A DNA stretch of 64,000 nucleotides from an uncultured Planctomycetales bacterium (lineage in GTDB: Bacteria; Omnitrophota; Gorgyraeia; Gygaellales; Profunditerraquicolaceae), in assembly GCA_964413025.1 (NCBI GenBank), contig CAYPRG010000001.1, forward strand, positions 464-64,463, written 5' to 3'. Below are positions 28,101 through 40,100 of the stretch, piece by piece. Every line of letters starts with the position of its first letter. The first letter of the stretch is position 1. Both the position numbers and the translations under genes were made by a program. The notes below the pieces were generated by a model. It was not told the DNA's origin. It saw only the letters and a list, made by a program, of their open reading frames with translations, and made no database searches.

Positions 28101-31100
28101 CATCGGTAGAGCCTGATTTTGAACTTGGGATGACCGCAATCTGATCCCAATCCGCGTTATTACGCGCCAAGGCCTCTGCCATCGCAGTTTCAAAATTTTT
28201 ACCCAGTTCATATTCACCGGCTATTGCCGCTGTACGCAGGTCGATTACCTCAAAACCGCTGGCAATGCCCTGGAATGGAGTATGCTGGCCGCCGATGCCG
28301 GTCTTAATAACGTATTTGATGGGCTTTCCTATTCTTTCTGCCCGCAGCCGGAAGAACTTTTTCATATTGCTGACACCTTCCAGGAATATTACTTTCCCTT
28401 CTTCGGTAAAATAACCCTGGCTTCCTTTTAAGGCATGCGAACCATCGACTGCCGCGCCTTCAGGAACACCATACCCATCCTTTTTATATCCACCCCTAAG
28501 GAAACGCGCTGCCATTTCTATATCCCCTTTGGCATCCAAAGGAGTAGTAAGCTTTTCAAAAATTACCCGGCTTTCTTTCTTTTCTTTCGCCATCTTTACA
28601 TCCATTGCTTCTTCCACGTTTACCTCCGCATTTTGATGAGAAGATATCCCTAATAAAGCCATGCCTATTTTACCTAAAAATTCCTGCCTTGCAATATCTG
28701 TTACTTCGGTATAAAGACGAGCCACGTTTTCTGTCCCGGAAAGCCGGATACACAACCAATCTCCGCTTTCAAAAACTACTTTTAGTCCATCGGATGTGAT
28801 TACTACCGCTATCTTTTGCGCCATTCCCAAAGATTGCAATTTCTTAGCTAAAGACATCTCTTGGAAGCTGACTTTTGCGAGTTCTTCCCGCGCCTGCTTG
28901 ATAAGGCTAGAGGCTTTATCTTTTAACTCCTGGGTCAATATTATGTTATCCCGGCGATAGAAAAACTTCCTGCCGATAGTATTCTCGATTTCCTCTTTAT
29001 AGCTGGTCAGGCTCTTATTTTTATCCGCGGCCATCCAAAGGCACATTAAGCCAATAACAATACCGTCATCCCATGACTGCATAAATGGCCCTACCCCCAC
29101 ATGCGCGGATTCTTCGCCGGCGACAATAAACTTTCTATTATTCTTTATAACTTCTTCAACCGACCACTTGAACCCGACTTTTGTCTCTATCAGAGACAAC
29201 CCTAAATAATCGCAGACCGCGTTAACAAAATTAGAGGTAGCTACTGTTTTTCCTACCGCTCCGCGGAAACCTTTCTCATGGAGGAAATAAGCCAGCATGG
29301 CGATAATCTCATTAGCAGACATCTCTTTTCCGCCAAAATCTATTACTCCGAACCTGTCCGCGTCCCCATCAGCAGCAATACCCAAAGTAGTATTGTTTTT
29401 GTTCACCTCGGTTAACAAATCTACGATACTTGCTTTTTCCGTAGGATTAGGCGCGCCGTTTACCTGGTAAAAATAAGGGTCTTTATTACAGTAATGGATT
29501 ATGCTAAATATTCTATTTGTTTCCATTTCTATCTGGGCGTATATAGCCGCGAAATACCTCACTGCCGCGCCCTGCATAGGGTCTAAAACTAATTTAAAAT
29601 CAGGATTACGCTTTATATACGAAACAATTGTATCCCAGGCGCCGATTTTTTTAAGCGTAGGAATAATATACTTCTCCACATATATATCTATTGCATCCTT
29701 AAAGGTCAATTCTTTGATTAAGCCCGAACTCTTAGCCACAGCATAATCAATATAGCGGTATACATTGCTCTGGTTAGCGCAATCAGAAATTAGTTTTGTA
29801 GCCTCTTCATCCGCCGCTCCGCCGTGGTAAGGCGAAAATTTAAACCCGCCATCGGTATATTTATTATGAGAAGCCGTAAGGTTAATCACCCCGCTGATTC
29901 CTTTGTCTGAATTTGCCAGATACCCCAACACCGGGCTGGGCGCGGGTTCATTGATGATTATTCTTACCGGAATATCATTTGCCGCCAGGATAGAGGCGAT
30001 ATTCTTGGCGAAATCAGGATTCCCTCTTCTAGCATCATAACCGATTAATATCGCGCCTCTACCGATACGGCGTCTATAATATTCTGCTACACCTTGAGCC
30101 GCGCGCCGGACATTAGCCGAAATAAAATCCTGCCCTATGGTTCCGCGCCAACCAGAAGTGCCAAAACTTATCTTTGTGCCGGTAGAATACAGGTTCACGG
30201 TAACCGGCTGAATAGCTACAAAACCCAACAACTCATCTTCTAATTCAAGGTTCTTTTCGTGAAGCTGGCCCATGGCCGCGCCTAATTCATGGATTATGGT
30301 TAAAGCCAATTCAAGGGTGTTATAAAGGATTGATTGGTCAATATAGAGAAGCTTCTCATGGATTGCGCCGAAGAATAAATCATACGGCCCTGCCCTTAAA
30401 TAACCTTCTTCGGGCAATAATTCATTTAATTTCATCAGCCGCTTTTCGGCTTCTTCGGATTTATATTTAAGTTTCAGGAAATCTGCGGCGAATTCTTTTG
30501 CCCGCAGGACAAAGGGCAAATCTTTTATTCTGGATTCTTTGTAGCCTTTTTTGGCTATTTCCTGGGCAACTTCTTCTGCTGTTATCTCTAAGCCAGACTT
30601 GGAGCGGCCAAAATCAACCGCCTCTATTACTGAATACCCGTATTTTTTAAAAACCGCGGTAATTGATGAAAAATCTGTCATCATGATCACCCCTGATCTG
30701 GATATCTCATCAATAATCGACCTGCGAATAAAAGCGTATCCGGAATCTCTAAATTGGTACATGGCTAATTTTGGATTCCTCTCAAATTTTCCAAAAATGA
30801 GCTGCAGCAAGTCTTCAGGAAGCGTATCTACCATATTTAAAACTTGGGCGACCCTTCTTTCTCCTCCGCAACCATATACTTCCATAAATGTCACTAAAGC
30901 CGGGGGCGCAATTGAAAAATCCAAATTGAAATCTTGTACATAAGTATCAAAAAGCGCCGATGGCTCATGGGTTATACCTTTGGCAATATGGCTGATAAGT
31001 TCATGGTAGAGTATCTCTAACTGTTTTGATTTCGCGTAGCCCGGGAAGCTTGGATGGATAAAAACGGTGTTTTCCGGATAATCTTTACTTATGCGGAACC

Positions 31101-34100
31101 CAAGATTTACTGCCGCTACATTCCCCCCCATCTGTTCTAAAATCTTTCTATCAGTAGTAAAGATAAACGTGGCTTCTGGAGGTGCGCGTTCGGCGACTAT
31201 AGCCAAACGCTCTAGAATATGTTTTAATCTACCTTCGGTATCTTTCCAGAATTTCCTTGCCTGCGGCGCATCCAAAAGATATTCAACCTTGTTCAAACCC
31301 GTATTAACCCTGACTATATCCCTTTCTCCGAATAGCTCAATGAATACCTTCTGGATCGCGGAAGAAACAAGAATAGGATAAGTATTCGGCTTAGCGAATT
31401 CATCCCACTTCTTTTCCGACCAGATCTCCAAATGGTCAACATTGCCGACGAAAACAATCTTTCCGCCCTTTTCTAATCCCGCTTCATCAACCAATTCCGG
31501 ACAAATAACTATTCTTCTCTGCTTATCTAGGGTCACCGGGAAACTAAAAACACTAAGCTTAACTTTTTCTTCTTCCGCGAGCGCGTCTATCTTTTTGTTA
31601 TAAGAATCTACCGTGTATATAAGGATTTTTTGTACCAGGGGATTACAATACAAATAAAGCTCTGCTTTATCTCTAAAATTTCCGGCAAAGGCTGCGGGGA
31701 TAATTGCCCGGTTTTTATTATCTAAGGTCGACTTATAGTGTCCGGGGAAAGAAACCCGCTGCTCTTTTACTGTGCCAAAGAGCTTCACCCTGTTTCTGCC
31801 TTCGTTTTTGGCCTCATAGAGGGCTCTATCTACATTAGCTATCAGGGTCTCCATGGGCATATCCTTCTTAAAACTGGCTACCCCTATACTTACGGTGCAA
31901 TTCAAGATTATTTCTTTTCCTTCATTGTTCTTCACCTTGAATTGATTTCCTTCGACTATCTTCCTGATATCCTCGGCAACGGTATAGTAAGCCAAATCCT
32001 CTTCGGTGTGAGGCAAAATAACCGTGAATTCTTCGCCGCCGATCCTACAAGCAATATCAGGTCTTCTCACCCTTTTCTTTATCAGTTCTGATATTTCTTT
32101 GAGCATAGTATCGCCTGCCGGATGGCCATAGGTGTCATTTATTGATTTAAAATGGTCGATATCCAGCATCAACAAAGATAATGGGTGGTCTTCATGCCTC
32201 TGGGCATCTTCTATTTCATTAGATAAGGCTAAATCAAAATATCTGCGATTAAAAAGATTAGTTAAAACATCCACATAAGCCAAACTATCCAATTCATCAG
32301 CTATGGCCTCAAGAAACTCTATCTGTAACGAGGAGTTTTCCGGGCAAGACAGGCCTTTACGCGCCCCCGATTCATGCAAGACTGCTGACTTCAATTTACG
32401 GGCGTTATTAAAAATGGCTTCGTTAAGGTAATAAGTCCCCTCATGCGCCGCGATATAGAATTTCTCAAAATTCCCCACCCTTGCCGAAGCGGTATCGATT
32501 AGCAAATCCTGGAGGCCAGAGAGCAACATGTCTCTTTTTGTCACTTCCAGGAAGTCTTTTACCGCTTTAGAATTGAATACTATTAACTGGTATTCCGAAG
32601 GAGAAATCGTCCGGCTGGTTTTTTCTTTAACTTCCTTCGAAACTTCTTCCTTAGTCAGAGGCGCTCTGGATTTCGGGCAAGCGTAATCAGGGGAAAGCGT
32701 TTTCCCGGAGGGGAAAACAAAAAATCTCTTTACTCCATTAATTAAGGTTGTAGATAAGGTTCCTCTCGCCGAGGAAGATGGAACGGACCCTTGTTTGGAC
32801 GAATAAACTTGTTTCCTGGCTAAGCTCCAGCCAATTACCGCCTGAAGTCTTGCCTTTAACTTTTCCGTCAGATTCAATAAGGAAATTATACTCTTGGCAC
32901 CAGTGCGGGTATTTAGCGGAGCTAAAAATCCCTCTTTCTGTCGGGATAACTTTGACAAACTCAAGGTTCTGTAAATTAAACATTTTACCCCCTCCTTTCC
33001 ATTTTCTAAAAATCTTAACCAATCTTCATCCGGGACTAATCCGATATTATTATTCTTCAGGAACGCGATGTGGCTTTCTAAAAGATTATATTTAATGAGG
33101 TACTTAAGGGTGAGCTTTCTGGCTTGCTTTTCATTCTTGCCGAGCAGATGGAATAATTCGTGGCCTTCGAAAATTATTTTTAGCTGCTCCGGTGGGCCGG
33201 TCAAGAGATTAGGATTGACGAAAATATAAAGGTTGCCGCCGATTCTTTCTACTTCTATAGGCTCTTTCTGGGATGGGCTCATTATTACCACCACGCCTTT
33301 TCTCAATAACACAGCCATTCCCTTAGGGCCAAAGGAATTACTTACTATCTCCTGCTCTTTTACAAAAGGGGACCTATCAGGCTCATCGCTTCCCATCATA
33401 GTGGCGGGGTAAGGCAAAGGAACTCTCCAATTGCTTCTGCGTTTCTCAATCCCTAATTTGTCCAAAGCTTCGGCTGCGAACTTGCGCACAAATTTATCCT
33501 TATCTCTCAGTCCTCCGGCGAGAACAAGGATAACCTGTTTATTTTTAAAATTTCCTAAGGCTTCAAGAACCGCGGCGCGGATATGCCATTCTTCATCTTT
33601 GGCAAGTTTGATCAAAACTGGGATTGCCCTAATGTCGGCAATTACCCCCAATGCCTTTATGGCAAAGTAACGGCCATTTCCTCTGCAATTTTCTACCAGC
33701 TCAATAAGCGCCGGGACCGCTGCCTGGCCTTTCTTAATTAAGGCCTTGTTTATGGCTTCCTGTAAATACCAGTCTCCGTTTTTGAGCCCTTCAATAAGCG
33801 CCGGAATCTCCTGCTCATCTCCATTATCCCCAAAGGCATTGCTAACAACGATACGCACATCACTATCTTCACTTGCATCCTTTAATACCTCGGATAAGGC
33901 TTTGACCCCTTCACTGCTGTCAATTTTTCCTAAAACCCCGATTATTGCTAAGCGAATACTCTTCTCCGCCTCCCGATCCTTAAGTATTTTAATTAAGTAT
34001 GTCTCTGCGGCCTGGCCGATTTTTACCAGAGCATCCCAATCCTGCTTTGCGATTAAATAAAGTATCTTCTGACTTTCCGTCTTGGGCTGCCACTTTAATT

Positions 34101-37100
34101 TATCCAACCCCTTGGCCGCGGCTAAACGGGTATCTGCATCAAAATTCTCCAGCCTCCATAAGTAGTAACGGACCTTAGCTATCGGCGATAAATAATGCCA
34201 AATGATAAAAAGCAGCCCGATTTTTAAGGCTAAATATACAAAACCAGCCTGAAAAGGATGCTCATGAATATTGGAGAAGAACCGCCAGATAGACGAAAAT
34301 TCCTGCACAATCCCGGCATGGGTAAAGATTTGAGCGGTTAATAATAACAACCCTACGCCCACAGTTCCTGCAGCCATAAAAACCAACAGCCCCGTAAACG
34401 CGCTGCCTTTTTGTTGGGTAGATTTAGCAGGCGGGTTCTTTCTCACAAAAGAAGCTATGCCTTTTAATTTATTCTTCATGCCCTGCAACGAGGCCTTTAA
34501 GGTACGGACAATTTTACGAAGTATTATTATCGCTGGTATACTGCTTACAACCAATACGCGGGCAAAGCCTGCGGGATAACGCTGGTGCACGATAACACTT
34601 TTCTTAGCAAGGCGATCCAGTATTTTAAAGGCCTGGAAACATATTCTTCCTTTGTAAACAGCAATGGGGACTGTCCTGCCAAGCCTCCACGATGCGCTGA
34701 TAACTTCAGGTTCGCTCTCCTGAATTAACAGGCTCACAGATAGAACCCGGCCTATAAAAGAGGAAGACTTTAAGTATCTACCAAGATACTTCTGGTTAAA
34801 CGGATTAAAGATTAATGTGTTGGAGGTACGGCAAATCTCTTCATTACATTTACTAAAAGGAGTTATTACGGTTACTTGAGCAGGTATCTGCTCAGGATGT
34901 TTACGGCTGGCTTCTTCATCCAGGTACTTATGGAATGCTACGTGGTCCTGATAGTTAAGCGCGGCAGAGCCTATAATCAGATAACTTAATGCTACGCCCA
35001 GGCCGGCTAAGATAGTTATTACCCGAAGCAGGTTATTCGCAGTCAAATAATGAATACCGTATCCGGATACGATTGCCAGGATGGAAATAATGATACTGTC
35101 CCGATAAGTAGCAAATGAGGTGAATGTTTTAGCGCTATCGGCTTTCTCCTCTAACCCTTTAATATAATCTGAGCTTGAATCAAAACCCACTTCCGTGAAT
35201 CTTTTAACATAAACGCGCGCAGATAGATTCTTCTTCCTTAGTAATTCCAGCGTATAAGTAATATCCTTCTGGTTCTGCTCTTTTTCAAAAGCTGAGTCAA
35301 AGCTATTGGCGATAAGATGGGATATTTCGTGGTTAAGCATCACCTGCGCAACAATATGTCTTATATTTTTACCGGGAATAGAACAGATTTTGCCATAATG
35401 GACAAAGATTATGGCCTGGCTTGGATCGGGGATTTGAATGACATAGGGAGAGTCTTTTCTAATGTTATGTATGCCGATGACTTTAATGGTTAGCCCGTTA
35501 TCCAGCCTGGTCCTTGATTTAACCGCCTCTATAAGCGCTCCTCTGGCAGCTTCGGAAAGAGCATCTTTTAGTGCTTCATCCATAAAAATGGTTATTCCTT
35601 TTTCTTCAGCTATTTTTTCTAAATCTTTTTCCGCGGCTGCGATAATATTTTTCTCGCCCACAATACCGCTCCTGCAAAAATCATCTGCTAAGAGAGGGTT
35701 ATCTTGCGACAAACGCGAAGCTTGCCAAGAATTACATCTAATGTTCTCCATAAATATTAATTTTCTCTTCTCTCGCTGATAACACCTCAATTGATGCCAA
35801 GAAGACTTATTATCGCTGAATCCATCGTTTACTAATAAAACTCCTCCCTCTCTAAGCGCGTTGCCAATCATATCCATAAACTCTTTCCTATGTATATTAT
35901 TATCCAAATGGCATACCACATGATTAACGGTAATCACGCTTGCTCCCCCTATGCCATCCTTTGCGGGATTATTAGTAACTACCAAGCGCGCCCCCCGCTT
36001 TTCAAGATATTTCTTCGCCGGGTCAAATTCAATGCGTAAGTTTTTATAATCCGCGTCTTTTTTGCTTTTAATCAAACGCTTAAGGGCCTCTTCTCCTAAG
36101 AATGAGGTAACATCTCTATAAATATGCGTCCTGCGTATACTTTCATTCAGCACATCTTTAACATCCCGGAAAACCACTCCGGGAGCAACCGCCAATGTTC
36201 GGTAACTTATTTCAGAATCAACTATCTTGACTATAGCCTCGGCAATCTCATCTTCGCTATTAACAGATAATATTACCTCTTCAATTTTGCTCCCCCAGCT
36301 GCCAAACAAAAATAGGTGGTCATGGATATCTGTTCGAATTTTTTTAGGAAGGCTTATAAAAGGAACCCTGATAAAAGCCCGAGGAACGGCAACAGGAAGC
36401 TCTGTTCCGATAATATTGATACCGGGGTTTAATTTTCTTAATTTACTTGCCAATTCGCCGGTTGTTACCGGCAGGGCACCTACACCAATGTCTAAAACCA
36501 GATGTTTACCTTTACGCAAATCAATTCCGTAGATTTGTTCAAATCGAGGGGTTAAGATGTACTCTCTCACCTGCCTATTGCGGCCATTAAATGTCAGCTT
36601 ATTAAAAGCTCTCGGCAAAGATTGGCTCACAACATCCCAATCAACTCCGTTTAAATTATCTAATAAAGCTTTAATTTCTTCTTTCTCTTCCCACGCGAAA
36701 CTTCGCACACTCATCACCTTACCAGAAACCTCCCATTTATGCCGGGTAATTTCTCTCAACTCTTCTCTTATGAGCTTTGCATCGCGGTTTTTCAAGGCCG
36801 CAATAAGAACTTCACCTTTACGGGCTATATAATCTCTATTCTTTAAATCCTTAGCATTTAAATTTGAAAAATACCGCTTACCTTTCTCCTGAAAAAACAA
36901 GGTTGTCCCTTTATAAATCCAATCACGTAAGAAACGGATAAACAGGTTACTCCTGGAAGAAGTACTAATACTGCATAAGGCCAGCCCTGCCCAACCGGCA
37001 TTGTTAATTAACGGTAATTTCAGTCCGTCTATTGGTGAGGCAGCGGCAAAGGCGGGGGTGGCAAAAAGCATAATACCGGCAACCATAATAGCCACACGCG

Positions 37101-40100
37101 CCGCAAACGCGCCAGCGTTCCTTTCTCTGAGAGTTCCGCTAAAATTTGCAGCGTTATAGCAATTTTCTGTTATTATCCTTTCCCTTTCTCCAGGGCTTAA
37201 TTTTCCCAAAAAGAAACCTGATTTTTTTACTCTCGCAGACGTTTTAACATTAACTAATATGTCTTTAGAATTAAATACCAACTCTTGCTCACAAACAGGC
37301 CTTACCGGAGCAAAAATACTCCTGGCTTGAGGAAATACTTCTTTGAATCTGTTGGCCATGTTTACTTGGCGATCCTTACCCTTACCGGTAGAACAACTAT
37401 TCAGGACTATTGCTCCTTTGTCTTCTAATAAATATTGGGCCTCCCCTATCTGCTTCTTTAGATCCTTTGATGTCAACCATGATTCCCTACCTAAATGCAT
37501 ACTATCCCGCGACCCGTGAGCAAGAATAAAAATTAAAGAAGCTTTTTGTTCTTCTGTACTTTTTCTAAGGCTTCTTACCAGAGCTTCAGCATTATCAATT
37601 ATATTATATAAGACCCGATACCCTCTCAAATTTAATTCTTCTTTGAGAGACCGGTCATATATAAATGCTCCATTATGATCATAGGCCGCTACCAGAAAAA
37701 CAGCCAATCGATAACTACGCGGATCCATATATAAATCGCCTATCGGCCATGTCTTGGTTGATTCTTGGCTTTGCAGGCTACTCCCTATCCGCCTTGTAAG
37801 AGTGTTTGCACATTGAATAAGCGGATAGATAGCCGTATAAGGAGCGACAAGAAAGTTAAATACCATTTGGAGATGGATAGGCAAGTCACTAATATAAATT
37901 TTCTTAAAAACGCATACAATCAATCCCAGGGAAAAAACTGCAAATAAGAAACGCAGAAAATGACCAATGATTGTCTTCGATGCCGCATACTTAAGAATAA
38001 TCCAGCTTAAGAAAAATACACTGATATTAGCTACGCAGAAGTTGGCTGCGGATTGATTTACCCCTATGGCAAGGGCGAGGATGGTAATAAGCAGGCTACC
38101 GGCAACCATAAAAGCTAGAACCTCTATGCATGTGCTGCCTTTTTGTTCAAGCTGCGCCAATCTTTTCTTAAGCCCTCCCAAGAAATCATCATTCGGAATT
38201 ATCTTAATTTGGTAACACTCTAAAAATACGATGTGTTCTCTTAAGAAGGCGTCTTCAATCTTCCCTTCTAAAATATACTGCAGCATCGCCTCAATTTGTT
38301 CAAAAGGAGCCTTAAAGATTTCCGGATTGACTAATAAGGTTCCATTAAAAATACCAAAATAAGAACTTAATTCAAATTTATCAATTCCATTTGCTTTTAA
38401 TTTCTCTTCTCCCCCCGAAGCTTCCACGATTATGCGACACTCCTGCTCTACAGGCTTCTCTCCGTTTCGTTCCTTAATCATCGGCCAGGCAGCGGGATAT
38501 GTCCTTAAAAGGCAGGTTGGCCCTAAATACACATCAATATTTTTGACTAAACCCGCTCTTATTTGTTCAGCGTATGATGAGGGAATTGTGTCAGAAAGTA
38601 TTTCTACAAAATTACCGTCTTTGTCTTTAAAAGTTATCTTCTGTGGACTCACGCCATCTTTGCCAAATGTATCTTTTCTGGCAGGATTATGGTAAACAAC
38701 TTTGGTTTTGCTTAAGAAATTAAAGCTATATAAACCTTGTTCGTTAAATAACCAACCGGCTAACAACGGTCTTAGCTTAAGATTTAATTCATTTCGCTCA
38801 TTTAAGAAGAATGGCCTATTGCCTAAATTCATTAGAAGCCATATATGTAAAAATTCTACGGTTGAACCTGACAGGCGGGCCACAAAGCCATTTCCCCGCA
38901 AATTTTCATCTGGATAAACGCTGCTTGCCAAAAACGAGGAATTTTCCAAAATGCTGCGGCCGTATCTTTCGGGATTCTGGAAAGGAATGAACGCGGATTT
39001 AAAATCCTGGTAAAATTGTTCTACGAGGCCGCATTTTAAAGTTTCCAAAAGATACTTATATTCCATATGAAGCCAGATAGATTCGCGCTCTAACCATCCT
39101 GGGGGGAATGTCCGGCACCTTCCGATCTCTTCGGGCATTTCTTTGAGAGAAGCGCATACTTTATACATCCTAAGTTCTTTATCATAGAGCTCGCTTTTTC
39201 TTACTGCTTCATATAAAGCTTGTGCTTTGCCCATACCTCCGGTTGTCCTCAGGGCGTGCACGAAAGACTCTAAAAATAGAGGGAGTTTTTTCTGGGTGAA
39301 TTCCTGGGCTTTTATGTATTTACCGTCAAGAACTTCATATTTAGTAACTTCGTTTATAAAATAAGCCGGATAGATATTTTGTTGTTTGTCAAAAGCTCTT
39401 TCAATGCCAGATTCTATTTTCTTTAAAAAGTTATTTAGAATTAAGGTAAGCTCGGGGGCGGATATTTCTTTTTCTTTTCCGCTAAAACCAAATTTTGTTT
39501 TCAGGCGGTATTCCTCTTTAGCCGAATATGACTTATCCCAATATGTGTAATCTTTTATACCAGATGTGCTTTCAAAATATTCTCTGGTTAAATCATCAAG
39601 CTTGGCCAGGAGGCCATAGACCTCTTCTGTTATAGGTAAAGCTCGTATAGCTGCTTGCTCAAGGGAATCCCTGATGAAGATAAGAAGCCTTTTTAGCTCG
39701 AAGGTCTCGCAGAGCGAAGAGCCAAAAAGCGCAGGCAGCCCATTCAAGGCATCATACCAATTAGGTTTACCAGCCTCCATCTCGATTCCCATTCCAAGGG
39801 GGTCAAGGCTGGCCATTTTATTGGCTGCAAGGCAAAATAATTTATTGATAAGGGTGGTCTGATAAATCTGGCCTTTACCATAATCTGTTCTTGCCAGATG
39901 AGGTAATACCGCTCTCCCCTGAATCATTTCTTTTTTATCATTATCGGCGCAAATTGAGTTGAGTTGTCTTGGCTGGCCGTTTAACAAGACGTATTTTTTT
40001 GACCTGGGATTAACAACCTCAATATTGTCAAAATAAGTACATTCCCTCTTCTCAAAAATTATGTTTTTGAACTGTTCCGGATATACCCCTAAGAAGCTAT

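Noticed and set aside
34501-34728. Protein-looking + strand stretch (GTDNFTKYYYRWY...) opposite an atypical linker
   Set aside because: No start codon or RBS at its 5' end and no recognisable family; cannot be distinguished from chance
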